A stretch of DNA of 64,000 bases from Candidatus Kaiserbacteria bacterium (GCA_963699165.1 OY969413.1:276562-340561); one strand, 5' to 3'. Shown: positions 26,295 through 35,918, numbered from the stretch's first letter. Translations and numbers: made by a program. Notes: generated by a model from the sequence alone, not told the origin.

Positions 26295-26858
26295 TTAGTC
26301 GCGAAAACGGCGCCAGCCGGTGTAGAGAAGAATAATCAAACCGACGGTACTTATGAAGAGCCGCATCCAATTCCCCGCATCGCTCCAATACTGCGTCGAA
26401 GCGACAATGAAGGCGACAACGCCGCCATATGAAAGGCCTGCGGAGACAATTGAAGAACCGATTGGCACAAATCCAGCGAGTACCGAAAGAATGCCGAGAC
26501 CGACCATAATTGTAAAGGCGTACAGTGAATGACGGTCAGACGCCGCCTGATAGAGCGGCTGGCATTTTGCAGTCATGTCGCAATACCCGGAACCAGTGGG
26601 AATCATCGGCTCTGCCTTTCCGTTAATCGGCGTGGGGGCCACGGCGGGATATTCGGTCCAAATGCCACCTTGAGAATCACAGGTTGCGGCATCGCTTGGA
26701 TTTATGGCCGGCTGCACTTTGCAAAAATCATTGTAGACGGGCGCCGGATATGCGAGAGCGACGACCACATTGAAAAAAATGTTGAGTATGACCACGATTC
26801 CGACAAGGAGAGCCCAGCGCACAAATTTCGGATGATTCTGTTTTGTGTTTGGTTCCAT
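26295..26858 (-). CDS. Hypothetical membrane protein with Cys-rich extracytoplasmic segment.
   Basis: TM helices at both the N- and C-termini. No known motif. Confidence 0.5.
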   Translation of the reverse strand: MEPNTKQNHPKFVRWALLVGIVVILNIFFNVVVALAYPAPVYNDFCKVQPAINPSDAATCDSQGGIWTEYPAVAPTPINGKAEPMIPTGSGYCDMTAKCQPLYQAASDRHSLYAFTIMVGLGILSVLAGFVPIGSSIVSAGLSYGGVVAFIVASTQYWSDAGNWMRLFISTVGLIILLYTGWRRFRD

Positions 26859-27187
26859 AGGCGAGGATTATACCACGATATAATCAGAGCGGCTCCCTTT
26901 TCGGGGGAGCCGCAACCTTCATACTGGGAAGCCGTAATCCTTTTTTTCCTCGCATTCTATTGCGTCCATATGCTGATTCTCATCCGTTCCACCTTTCCGC
27001 GAGGATGTTCGCGCGACGGATTAGCTCACCTCCGGCTTCGCGAACTGCGAGTCCGATGAAGACCATTGATGCCGCTCCGAGGAGTCCCGCGATGACTCGG
27101 AACGGAACCGGATGCTTTTGAAATATAATTGGACCCCTCCAAAGGTCTGCGGGTAACATACCACGCGTGGGAAATTCGTCAATTTTT

Positions 27188-28285
27188 TCACCCGTGCAGG
27201 AACACCATTACGTCGCCGTCGGCAACGACGTATTCCTTCCCTTCCGTTCGCACTAACCCTTTCTCGCGGGCGGCCGCATACGAACCTGCCTCAAGAAGTT
27301 TTTTCCAGTCGATAACTTCGGCGCGGATGAATTTCGTTAGAAAGTCATTGTGAATGGCCGCGCCCGCTATCGGCGCAGTGCTTCCGCGCGTAATCGTCCA
27401 TGCGCGCGTTTCGTCGGTGCCCGTCGTAAAAAATGAAATGAGTCCTAGCGTCTCGTATGCGCCGCGGATGAGCGACGCAAGCCCGTCTTCCGGTACCCCC
27501 AGTTCTTCGCGAAAACCGATACGGTCTTCATCCGCGACATCGTTTAACTCACGCTCCGTAGCAGCATCTACAAACACATAGCGTCCTCCGAGCTCCTCTA
27601 TTAGCTTGTATGCGCGTTCCGCTCGTCCGTCTGCAAGTTCGTCCAAATTGTGCCCGTTGCTCTTCTTGTTGAGCGCGTACAGAATCGGCTTCATAGTCAG
27701 AAGGTCAAGATGCGCGACATTCTTTTTCTCTTCGGCGCTTAGGCCGGCATTAAGCGCGAGTTTCCCGAGAGAAAAGCCCTGAGCCAGTTTCGCGAGTGCA
27801 GCATCTTCAGCCACCGCTTCTTTTGAGCCGGTATGCATGTCTCGCACGAGCTTATCGCGACGCTTTCTGATTTGTTCGCCGTCGGAAAGCGCGAGCTCGA
27901 GATTTATGATTTCAATATCTTTATAGGGCTCAATGTCTTGGTCGACGTGAAGCACGTTCGGGTCGTCGAAAAAGCGCACGACTTCGAGAATCGCATCGGT
28001 CTCGCGGATGTTCGCGAGAAATTGATTCCCAAGCCCTTCGCCTTCGGCAGCGCCTTTCACGAGACCGGCGATGTCCACAAACTCGATTGCGGCCGGAATC
28101 ACCTTTTCGCTTTTTGAAAATTCCGCGAGCGCGCCGATGCGGGCATCGGGAACGCCGACGACGCCGACTGACGGGTCGATAGTGCAAAATGGATAATTTT
28201 CCGCGGGCACGGAAGCTTTGGTGAGTGCATTAAAAAGCGTGGACTTCCCCACGTTCGGCAATCCAACGATTCCTATCTTAAGCAT
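27188..28285 (-). CDS. ychF: Ribosome-binding ATPase YchF (Obg-family GTPase/ATPase).
   Basis: GIVGLPNVGKSTLFNALT P-loop, a TGS-like C-terminus and the typical length (365 aa). Confidence 0.9.
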   Translation of the reverse strand: MLKIGIVGLPNVGKSTLFNALTKASVPAENYPFCTIDPSVGVVGVPDARIGALAEFSKSEKVIPAAIEFVDIAGLVKGAAEGEGLGNQFLANIRETDAILEVVRFFDDPNVLHVDQDIEPYKDIEIINLELALSDGEQIRKRRDKLVRDMHTGSKEAVAEDAALAKLAQGFSLGKLALNAGLSAEEKKNVAHLDLLTMKPILYALNKKSNGHNLDELADGRAERAYKLIEELGGRYVFVDAATERELNDVADEDRIGFREELGVPEDGLASLIRGAYETLGLISFFTTGTDETRAWTITRGSTAPIAGAAIHNDFLTKFIRAEVIDWKKLLEAGSYAAAREKGLVRTEGKEYVVADGDVMVFLHG

Positions 28286-28404
28286 CTAGTAAACTTACAC
28301 TGTTTTCGTAAAAGCGAAACCCGCATCTGTCATATTTCAGACAGATGCGGGTCGGTAGAACAATGACCGAAGGGCAATTTGACCCAAGGGTCAAAGTTCG
28401 GATT

Positions 28405-28998
28405 TCAACTTGCACGCACCGCCGCAGGGTCGTTGCCACGCCAGTCGTCGCCGAGCCAGTAGGCGCCCCAGTTCCACCTGCCGTCGCGCCAGTAGAGGTA
28501 GCGGACGTACAGGTTGCCAACGCGGTGGCGGTAGACGGTGCCCCAGAAGAAGATGTAGCGGGTATTCCCGTTTCCATCCGTCTTCCACTCATCGGGGATG
28601 AGTTCGGGGTGCGCGAGCAGGTAGTCGAGGACATTGGCGTTGAAGACGGACTTCTTCGCCAACTCCTTGCGGAGCTTGTTGCCTTCGATGACCTTGCCAT
28701 CCTTCTGACCGCTGGTGAGGAAGAACTCGACCTGTTTGGGGTCGAACTTCCACTGGCCACCCTTCTGGTGCTCTTCGATGGTGAAGCCATCGCTCACCCA
28801 CGGGTTGAAGGGGTTGGCATCGCAGTCGATGACGTGCTCGACCTGCGTGATGACCGCGTGGCCGAGCAGAACTTGGCGGAACTGACCGAGCTTGTCGCCT
28901 TCACAGGCCGCGTCAATCAGTTGCTCTGTCCAATCGTTCCGTGCGAACGCCACCTTGAGTTTGGCAGCGAGACCAACATCGAGCGTGAGATTGCTCAT
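28405..28998 (-). CDS. Hypothetical protein in a markedly GC-rich segment (~62% GC), adjacent to an IS30-family element.
   Basis: ORF MSNLTLDVGLAAKLKVAFARNDW... ending ...YLYWRDGRWNWGAYWLGDDWRGND (Trp/Tyr/Arg-rich C-terminal region). No recognisable family. Composition differs clearly from the neighbours. Confidence 0.45.
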   Translation of the reverse strand: MSNLTLDVGLAAKLKVAFARNDWTEQLIDAACEGDKLGQFRQVLLGHAVITQVEHVIDCDANPFNPWVSDGFTIEEHQKGGQWKFDPKQVEFFLTSGQKDGKVIEGNKLRKELAKKSVFNANVLDYLLAHPELIPDEWKTDGNGNTRYIFFWGTVYRHRVGNLYVRYLYWRDGRWNWGAYWLGDDWRGNDPAAVRAS

Positions 28999-29069
28999 AG
29001 TTTTCTCCTTTGCGAATGAGCCCCTATTACGGGACAACAACGCGTTTGCCAGCGGGCTCCCTCGGTGAG

Positions 29070-29124
29070 GGTTTGCCATAGCAGGGAGAGGCCCGAAATG
29101 AGCCACTTTCTGCTATGGCAAACC
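29070..29124. repeat. Palindromic hairpin element E1: 15-bp perfect stem GGTTTGCCATAGCAG / CTGCTATGGCAAACC with a 25-nt loop. It is related to E2 at 32946..32994.
   Basis: Perfect inverted repeat. It shares the GCCATAGC...GCTATGGC core and a loop-proximal GCCACT(T)TC with E2. Confidence 0.6.
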
Positions 29125-29271
29125 GTGCAAGTTGAATGTATCAAAGACGGCGACTAGTCTTTTGAATTCGAACGTTTGATACATTGAGCGAATGAAAAAA
29201 CCTCCGGCGGTGCGCACTTCACAAGGTCCGAACGAGACGAAATACAGATACTGTTAGCGAAGGGATACTCT

Positions 29272-30195
29272 TTGCAAGATGTCGGAGATGCACTCGACCG
29301 ACCGAAGAGTGTCATATGGTACGAGACGCAAAAGAAGAGGAAGGGACGGCCGTATGATGCTGCATATGCGCATCACATTTCATACGTACGAAGGAAACAC
29401 AGCCGAGCGGTCGGCAAGATGATTGCTCTCGACCCGAAGCTCCGGAAGTTCATCGAGGCGCATCTCTTCGACGATCAGTCGCCCGAAAACATCTCACTTC
29501 GATTGAAGCGGATCGAGAAGGATATCGGATATGCTTCATCCTCGGCTATACGCCGATATATCAAGAGCCCGTATGGCAGACGGATCGAGTCGCATCGAGC
29601 AAAGTTATTCAAGAAGAGGCGACGCTCTCGGCCATCGAAACCACACATTGCCGACAAGCGCCTGATCGACAAACGACCGAGCAAAATCAACAAGCGATGG
29701 GGATTGGGTCACATGGAGGGCGACTTCATCGTGTCGGGCAAGAGCGGTCAAGGCATCATTCTTGGTCTGCGGGATCGCAGGGTGCGCAAAAACCTGCTGG
29801 AGCGGATCCTGCCAGTGTCAGTGCGAAACGTGGAGCGAGCGCTTCGCAGAATGAAAAAGCGGTATCCCGAGATGCAGACCATCACATTCGACAACGATAT
29901 TCTCTTTCTCGAACACAAACGGCTAGAGAAGGTGCTTGGGGTGAAGATATATTTCTGTCATGTGCATGCGCCATGGGAGAAGCCATCAATCGAGAATCTG
30001 AACAAGGACTTGCGGCGGTACATCCCGAAAAGCTCGGATATTTCAAAGTATTCAAAAAGATTTGTGCAGAAACTCGAAGCAAAGATGAATCGCCGCTTCA
30101 TGGATGTGCTCGGTTCACTCACGCCAGATGAGGCGTATGCTGCGGAAAAGAAACAACGCGCTCAGAGGAGCGCAAAAAACCGTCGTTCGAATTGA
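29272..30195 (+). CDS. IS30-family DDE transposase. The frame is open upstream to about 29188 and includes an HTH but has no in-frame ATG; an ATG at 29192 lies in another frame, so the N-terminus is frameshifted or degenerate.
   Basis: Motifs GLGHMEGDFIV (GHWEGDLI-like), ITFDNDILFLEH and YFCHVHAPWEKPSIENLNKDLRRYIPK (the IS30 C-terminal signature). The upstream in-frame translation ...HFTRSERDEIQILLAKGYSLQDVGDALDRP is the IS30 N-terminal HTH. The track start is a TTG. Confidence 0.8.
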   Translation: MQDVGDALDRPKSVIWYETQKKRKGRPYDAAYAHHISYVRRKHSRAVGKMIALDPKLRKFIEAHLFDDQSPENISLRLKRIEKDIGYASSSAIRRYIKSPYGRRIESHRAKLFKKRRRSRPSKPHIADKRLIDKRPSKINKRWGLGHMEGDFIVSGKSGQGIILGLRDRRVRKNLLERILPVSVRNVERALRRMKKRYPEMQTITFDNDILFLEHKRLEKVLGVKIYFCHVHAPWEKPSIENLNKDLRRYIPKSSDISKYSKRFVQKLEAKMNRRFMDVLGSLTPDEAYAAEKKQRAQRSAKNRRSN

Positions 30196-30393
30196 GGGGT
30201 TTGGGTGCCGACCCATAGCTGTTAGCTATGATACACGAAATATCCTATTTGTCAAGCTCTGCTCGTGCGCCGAACAGTTCTGTAGTCGGGTGGCGGGAGC
30301 TTAATCGTGAAGACGAACTGCGGCATTGACGAAACCCCCGCATTTCTACGAGGGCGTTTTTTCGTCGGGAGACAGGCGCTGGATGACAATCGG

Positions 30394-30687
30394 CTACGGA
30401 TCGGAGCGTTTCATTGCGCTGGAATCCGGATCTGCCCTCAGGTGTTGCTTTATGGCGTCAACAAACAGGTCAATTGCTTTATCCTTATTTGCAATGACCC
30501 ATTGCTGTTCTTCTCCGGTGAGGCGCCCGAAAAGTTGCCAATATTCGGCAAACTCGGGCAGCTGAGACGTATAGCTTATCGAAATGCGGTCCGAATCCCC
30601 CGCATTTTTAACATCGACCGTACCTTCGGCCGTTTCAGAATTGTGCTTAACGCGTTTTGCCACGTTCTTCCTCTTTCTCGACTGCAA
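30394..30687 (-). CDS. Hypothetical small protein (97 aa).
   Basis: ORF immediately downstream of the SPFH gene on the same strand. No motif. Confidence 0.4.
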   Translation of the reverse strand: MQSRKRKNVAKRVKHNSETAEGTVDVKNAGDSDRISISYTSQLPEFAEYWQLFGRLTGEEQQWVIANKDKAIDLFVDAIKQHLRADPDSSAMKRSDP

Positions 30688-30743
30688 TGTACTAAACGTA
30701 CCGTACCCGATAGTACAGCGGTGCGAGTGTGTATTGGCTGAAT

Positions 30744-31505
30744 TTATTTCGTCTTTGAGTCCGCCCTAAGCGTGTTAATGGCATCCTGCACGGTCGTCAT
30801 GAATTGCGCCGGGAAAATGATGGTGGAGTTTTTCTCGGTAGAAATTTCGGACATTGTTTGGAGCGTGCGGAGCTGGAGCGCAACCGGATGCGCTGAAATA
30901 ATGTCGGCGGCTTCGCCGAGTTTCTGCGCCGCTTGCATTTCGCCTTCCGCCGCGACGATTTTCGCGCGGCGCTCGCGTTCTGCTTCTGCCTCTTTCGCCA
31001 TTGCTCTCTGCATATTGTCCGGAAGCGTGATGTCCTTGATTTCAACTGCGGTTACCTGCGCGCCCCACGGCTCGGTGTGCGTGTCGATGACGTCTTTGAT
31101 TTGAGCGTTAATGGTATATGTTTTTGATAGCAACTGGTCGAGCGTGAACTGCCCGACTACGTTTCGCACCGTCGTCTGGCTGATTTGATTGACGGCGCTA
31201 TATACATCTTCAATCGCGATGACTGACTTCAACGGGTCAACAACGTGGTAGTACGCGACTGCCGCAATATCGATTGAAACGTTGTCTTTCGTAATAATCT
31301 TTTGCGACGGAATGTTCATCGTTATGGTGCGAAGCGTCACACGGGTCATCTGCTCGAAAATCGGAATAAGTATGATAAGCCCCGGTCCGCGCACGCCCGT
31401 CACTTTGCCGAGGAAAAATACAACGCCGCGGTCGTATTCTTTAACGACGCGAAGCGAGAGCGCCAAAAGGATGATAACGATTGCGATGATTGTATAAATA
31501 ATCAC
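30744..31505 (-). CDS. SPFH/band 7 (stomatin/prohibitin-like) domain membrane protein.
   Basis: N-terminal TM helix, an SPFH core ([13 protein letters not shown]...) and a C-terminal coiled-coil Ala/Glu-rich segment ([21 protein letters not shown]) typical of stomatin-like proteins. Confidence 0.85.
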   Translation of the reverse strand: MIIYTIIAIVIILLALSLRVVKEYDRGVVFFLGKVTGVRGPGLIILIPIFEQMTRVTLRTITMNIPSQKIITKDNVSIDIAAVAYYHVVDPLKSVIAIEDVYSAVNQISQTTVRNVVGQFTLDQLLSKTYTINAQIKDVIDTHTEPWGAQVTAVEIKDITLPDNMQRAMAKEAEAERERRAKIVAAEGEMQAAQKLGEAADIISAHPVALQLRTLQTMSEISTEKNSTIIFPAQFMTTVQDAINTLRADSKTK

Positions 31506-31597
31506 GCGTGTAGTATATCACTATGAATTGCGGCAGAATGAGTATGAATGAACATCGGAGCCCCGCGCCTAGGCGCGGGGCTGAACTGACTTGACCC

Positions 31598-32218
31598 TCA
31601 TGCAATCGTCGCGTCACCAATTCGACGCACAACCAAGACGAACTTCGGTGTGGCATCGGGACTCATGAGCTGAATGTACGGGGGCTCTCCATTGTCTTTG
31701 TCTACGAATGCTATGGCACAGTATCCTTCAATGGATACCTCGGTGTTGAGCGCAATAATCGGGAAATGGCTCGACTGGTTGTCGCCTAGAGTGAGCGCAT
31801 ATGACAATGCTTGCTCTATCGAGGCGTACTCCCAAAAGTTTCGAGCATCTCCACCAGCAAATCTAAGCCCAGTTTGCTTAAGGGTCTGATTATCCTCAGG
31901 AGCAATATAACGCGCCTCAAAATAAACGATACCCTTACCATTGCGTTGCGCCTGCTCGATGAACATCTCCAAAATGTTCTGATGTCGTTCATCATATGGA
32001 TACATTCCTGCTTCTAACAGGCCTATAACATCATCATAGTCCACTCTGATAGTGCAGGTGTCATAGAGCAAGCTCCTGATTTCTAGCTTCTCCTTTAGGG
32101 AAAGCAATGTCGCTAGCTGCGGTTCGCGATTGTTTCGATGTGGCGCTGCGGGCCGCCTGTTTGCCCTTTTTTTGAATGCTGCCAAGTCGACGCATCCGCT
32201 CGACAAATCTTTTTTCAT
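31598..32218 (-). CDS. Hypothetical protein.
   Basis: ORF in a lower-GC segment with no motif. The start is taken at MKKDLSS. Confidence 0.4.
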   Translation of the reverse strand: MKKDLSSGCVDLAAFKKRANRRPAAPHRNNREPQLATLLSLKEKLEIRSLLYDTCTIRVDYDDVIGLLEAGMYPYDERHQNILEMFIEQAQRNGKGIVYFEARYIAPEDNQTLKQTGLRFAGGDARNFWEYASIEQALSYALTLGDNQSSHFPIIALNTEVSIEGYCAIAFVDKDNGEPPYIQLMSPDATPKFVLVVRRIGDATIA

Positions 32219-32351
32219 GTGTACTCTCCATAACCATGCGAACAATCGGCAAGGTGCGAGGTCTGAATTTAAGATAGAAGAATGGTGAGCATTGTCAATA
32301 AACTAAGCCGGCCCCCGCATGGTGCGGGGGCCGAGAGTGACTGATTACGGA

Positions 32352-32885
32352 CTAGAGACGAATCATCAGCAGATGATCCGTTTCATGATCGGGTCTCACT
32401 AATCCGTCCAGATAAGTATGCCCAAAGACGTTCCGCGTAACACATGGAACGAGCATCTGTTCCACTATTTGAATCGGCGACCCTGTCGCCAGGATTGGCA
32501 AATGCGCATCAGCCGTTCCGGAACTAACGAGCGCATTGACTACTCCAATAGTCGGTCGCGCCCACACGCCGGTTCTTTCGATTTCTTCAAGTGCGACCTG
32601 TATGGAGCACATCGCGAAATCGAAGTAAGCCGCAGCAATTATGCTTCTGCCCCGTTCGCGCGGCATTTGCGATATGATGAATTGCGAGTAGCGATTGACT
32701 TCGTAACGCTCCTCATCGGTCAAGGAAGACGACAATCTTTCCAAAAGCAACCTAACGTCTTTGGCTGCCGTCGCGTACTCGACAACGATTTTGAATACCT
32801 CGCCTCGGATTGCCGACCTAATGACTTCGGACGGGGTTGATTCGCCTCGGCGAAATCTACCTTCCGCTTGAATAAGGTGACCCAT
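32352..32885 (-). CDS. Hypothetical protein (177 aa).
   Basis: ORF with hairpin element E2 in its upstream region. No motif. Confidence 0.45.
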   Translation of the reverse strand: MGHLIQAEGRFRRGESTPSEVIRSAIRGEVFKIVVEYATAAKDVRLLLERLSSSLTDEERYEVNRYSQFIISQMPRERGRSIIAAAYFDFAMCSIQVALEEIERTGVWARPTIGVVNALVSSGTADAHLPILATGSPIQIVEQMLVPCVTRNVFGHTYLDGLVRPDHETDHLLMIRL

Positions 32886-32945
32886 TCGTCTCCGTTTCGT
32901 AAGTTAACGATGCCCACTGCGGACACGGCTGGGCGGAAACAGTGC

Positions 32946-32994
32946 GTTCGCCATAGCGCACAAAGGCCTTGGGCCACTCTGCGCTATGGCGAAC
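32946..32994. repeat. Palindromic hairpin element E2: 15-bp perfect stem GTTCGCCATAGCGCA / TGCGCTATGGCGAAC with a 19-nt loop. Related to E1.
   Basis: Perfect inverted repeat sharing the GCCATAGC core and a GCCACTC loop segment with E1. Confidence 0.6.
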
Positions 32995-33100
32995 ATGTAT
33001 GCGTATCACTGTGTACAAATACCAGTATAACAATACTGTATTTGAGATGTCTGTCAATTTTTTGGTATAGATAAACGCCCGCGCTTGCTAAGCGGGGCGT

Positions 33101-33631
33101 TTAGGCGGTGTTTTCGTATCGTTGCCACGAAATGGTACCGATTAAACCATCTTCGTCTGCAAAATACACCCCGTCTTCGCAGAGTACCCGTTGACGGACA
33201 TTGCGTGCCGGCCACACAATAATCCAACCTTGACGAACGACCGGTTTCCGTTCCGGGCAGAGTTGCGGGATGTCAATCTTGCAGAAATACCAGAACACCC
33301 GCATTGCTTCCTCGTGTTTTTGAAGAAGTCGCACTGCCTTCTTGATCCGGTTTCGCGCCAATGCAACCCGTTTGGGGTCATCGCTATGACAGTTGCGCAT
33401 CGAACGGCGCATGAGATTTTCAAACGTCCGCAAATTTTTCTCTGCGTAGGCAAAGAAACTTCTTGCGTAGTGTGGCACTAATGCCACAATCGTATCTTCG
33501 TCGAGACGTACTTCGTCCCGCGGTGCATACTTTTCAACGGCTATGTTTCGCACCCGCTTTGCGACTTCCGGATACAGAATCGCCATTTCTATATCCTCCT
33601 CTGTCTGGCCGACGAGTATAGGGTTCAACAC
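33101..33631 (-). CDS. Hypothetical protein (176 aa).
   Basis: ORF only. No motif. Confidence 0.45.
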   Translation of the reverse strand: MLNPILVGQTEEDIEMAILYPEVAKRVRNIAVEKYAPRDEVRLDEDTIVALVPHYARSFFAYAEKNLRTFENLMRRSMRNCHSDDPKRVALARNRIKKAVRLLQKHEEAMRVFWYFCKIDIPQLCPERKPVVRQGWIIVWPARNVRQRVLCEDGVYFADEDGLIGTISWQRYENTA

Positions 33632-33705
33632 AACTCACCTCCTTTTGAATCAATTGGCGCCATTAGCCCGCAAACCCGTAATAATGATGAGGCGCGCATA
33701 CCAGA

Positions 33706-33746
33706 TTGTCAAACCCGCGCACATGATATGTGCGCGGGTTTGACAA
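33706..33746. promoter_or_regulatory. 41-bp near-perfect palindrome: 19-bp arms TTGTCAAACCCGCGCACAT / ATGTGCGCGGGTTTGACAA around a 3-nt centre. Candidate protein-binding site or transcript-end hairpin.
   Basis: Perfect 19-bp inverted repeat in the intergenic space between two minus-strand hypothetical genes. No adjacent T-tract. Confidence 0.5.
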
Positions 33747-33788
33747 ATCTAGCCCTTGAGGACGACGAGATGCGTGGGACGACTAAAA

Positions 33789-34214
33789 TTAATTCCTGCC
33801 CGCAGTTTCAAGAGTATTGTCGCGCTGTTCCAACGTAAATTGTGCGGCAAATCCGAGTTCTTTTAATCTGTCTGACGCCGACTTCACTATCTCGATTTGT
33901 TTCGTTATCGAACCGACAGCGTCAGTAATCGCCTCCCTGACGATGTTCTCCGCTGTCGTTGCTGCAAACTTGTCATTTTCTGTAATATACTTCCGGGCAC
34001 CCTTAATAATCGCCTTAAAACCGTTCTCATTGTTCGGAATCAGCGGCTTTTTGTCATTTTCCGAACTCAATAACTTGGCGATTTCTTCTTGACCGAAACC
34101 CGTATCCATAAGCATTTTGATTGCTCCGCTTTTCAAGCTTTCTAACGCTGACGCATCTATTTTTTTCTGTGTGCCTTCATCTGTAATCTTCGGCTGTGTT
34201 TCAAAATTTTCCAT
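33789..34214 (-). CDS. Hypothetical protein (141 aa).
   Basis: ORF with the start at MENFETQ. The track's upstream extension is unlikely to be real. Confidence 0.4.
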   Translation of the reverse strand: MENFETQPKITDEGTQKKIDASALESLKSGAIKMLMDTGFGQEEIAKLLSSENDKKPLIPNNENGFKAIIKGARKYITENDKFAATTAENIVREAITDAVGSITKQIEIVKSASDRLKELGFAAQFTLEQRDNTLETAGRN

Positions 34215-34246
34215 GCCGCCATCATAGCACACGGCAAAGCCGCGAT

Positions 34247-34750
34247 TCAACCCCTGTGGAGAGCGAAATAGCGCAGTGTCTGAAGAAGGCCGTAAAAGAC
34301 GGCGACGGCGACCACGAAAAACGCAAAGAGAGGGCCGAAAGAAAGTCCGGGCAGCAAGCCGAAGTTGAGGTACGTCAAAAACCACCAGCCCGTAAAAATA
34401 ATGGCCGAACCGAACGCGAACGAGATGCGATTGCGCGAAAGCGCCCACGAGACGAGCGTTACGATGAGCGCAAGAGTAATCAGGAACCAGTAGCTCGTCG
34501 AAAGCGCCGGTTGCGGAACAAAACTCGCGGCATATGAAAGGATAACGAGGCACAACGATGAGAAAAGAATGGCAGTCATGCCGAAACGGAGTCCGTTCGC
34601 CAGGAGGTCGAGGTGCGCTCGTTCGGCGCGGTCTATTTTACCATCGCGCATTGCTTGGACGTATGCAATCTCGCCGCGAATCGCCAAAAATACGCCTGCG
34701 GCTGCTCCGAGTGCCTGACATAAAACAAGCAAGGAGACGATGTCCGCCAT
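34247..34750 (-). CDS. Hypothetical integral membrane protein (4-5 TM helices).
   Basis: Strongly hydrophobic throughout (LLVLCQALGAAAGVFLAI..., FAFFVVAVAVFYGLL). Confidence 0.5.
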   Translation of the reverse strand: MADIVSLLVLCQALGAAAGVFLAIRGEIAYVQAMRDGKIDRAERAHLDLLANGLRFGMTAILFSSLCLVILSYAASFVPQPALSTSYWFLITLALIVTLVSWALSRNRISFAFGSAIIFTGWWFLTYLNFGLLPGLSFGPLFAFFVVAVAVFYGLLQTLRYFALHRG

Positions 34751-34752
34751 GG

Positions 34753-34986
34753 CTATTTCTTTTGCATGAGAACCGCAAGCTCGGCGCGGTATTTTTTCAT
34801 AACTTCCATCGCCGCTTTTACTTCGCTCTCGCCGCCCTTTTTGCGCCGTTCGATTTCCTCGCCGATTTTTTTAAACAGCGCGGGGTCCTTCGAGACCAGC
34901 TCGGTCATCTGTTCGCGCTGCGCCTCCGGTATGTCCTTCAGCTTCCATTTCGCATACTGATTGAGAAGAAAACTTTGTATCGACAT
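34753..34986 (-). CDS. Small hypothetical protein (77 aa).
   Basis: MSIQSFLLNQYAKWKLKDIPEAQREQMTELV... The start is chosen at the internal Met of the 115-aa track ORF. It is 2 nt downstream of the upstream gene's stop. Confidence 0.4.
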   Translation of the reverse strand: MSIQSFLLNQYAKWKLKDIPEAQREQMTELVSKDPALFKKIGEEIERRKKGGESEVKAAMEVMKKYRAELAVLMQKK

Positions 34987-35129
34987 AACCAATAGAATAG
35001 CGCATTCGAAGAAAATGCGCGAGCCGCCCTTGGCGGCTCGCGCACCTCCGCAAACACGTCCGATTTCGCAAGATAAAGAGAAACCGCCCGCGAGAGCCAA
35101 TTGCGTGGCGGCTCTCGTCGGGCGGCGGT

Positions 35130-35783
35130 TTAGTTCTGTTCTTGTTCCTCCGGAGATAGACCGCCCTCGGAGGGTTGCTTATCCGAAAAAAATGAACGAA
35201 ACACCCCGTACTGGTCCTGGTGAATCGTCCCATCGGTAATTCGCTCCACGTCCGGCTGAATCTCGGCACTGTCCGACGGGCTCGGACTTGCACTATACGT
35301 GAGCTCTGGAATCTTTTGCTTGATACTAATCCAGAATGATTCAACGCAGCCGCCGACGCTTTCGGCCAATTGGTTCGCAGCGCCAAGCTTGCTAGGTGCG
35401 AATGAGCCAAAGTACTCATACGCGCCGAAAAGATATTCTTTAATCTCTGGCGGGAGCTTAGGGCGTAATACGTGCCCATTTGCGCCAAGCTTGTAATGGC
35501 AATTTTCATACCTGGGCAACGCCAGCCCTTCGATGGGACTGGTCGTTGCATCGGGACTCGGGGATGGTTGCGCCGCATCTGTGGCGACATTGTCGCCAGG
35601 AGTGGGGCTCGCCTCTGCGATAGGCGCAGAACTTGCCTCAATGGTCGGCGCCTCGGATATCATGGACGCCGGGGCCTGAGGGCGCTGTGTTTCGAGCAGC
35701 GAGTTGTCCCGGCAACCCGAAATGATTGCAATGGACACGGCGGCAATGGCCATCACTGCAAATCTGTTCATCGATTTTTGCAC
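35130..35783 (-). CDS. Hypothetical lipoprotein.
   Basis: Signal peptide with lipobox (AIISGC), then a Pro/Ser/Ala-rich linker and a C-terminal domain containing GGCVESFWISIKQ. Confidence 0.55.
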   Translation of the reverse strand: MQKSMNRFAVMAIAAVSIAIISGCRDNSLLETQRPQAPASMISEAPTIEASSAPIAEASPTPGDNVATDAAQPSPSPDATTSPIEGLALPRYENCHYKLGANGHVLRPKLPPEIKEYLFGAYEYFGSFAPSKLGAANQLAESVGGCVESFWISIKQKIPELTYSASPSPSDSAEIQPDVERITDGTIHQDQYGVFRSFFSDKQPSEGGLSPEEQEQN

Positions 35784-35918
35784 TCACTTTCCGTTAGCAT
35801 TTGGAACAAAGCCGGTATTCTTTATGGCATATCCGAATGTTGTTGTCAATCGATTTGAAACAGAAGAACCGCCTCGCAGATGAAGCGTCGCGGGACGATT
35901 CATCTGCGGGCGGCCTTA

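Noticed and set aside
26889-26913. A GC-rich hairpin (GCGGCTCCC/ttttcgg/GGGAGCCGC) downstream of ychF considered as a terminator.
   Set aside because: There is no U-tract on either strand after the stem, so it is not called as an intrinsic terminator and is mentioned only as a structure.
30200-30240. A similarity of GGGGTTTGG...CCATAGCTGTTAGCTATG to the E1/E2 hairpin family, and a possible IS30 right inverted repeat.
   Set aside because: Only a short CCATAGC core is shared and the palindrome arms are 7 bp. This is insufficient to call a third family member or to define the IS30 boundary.
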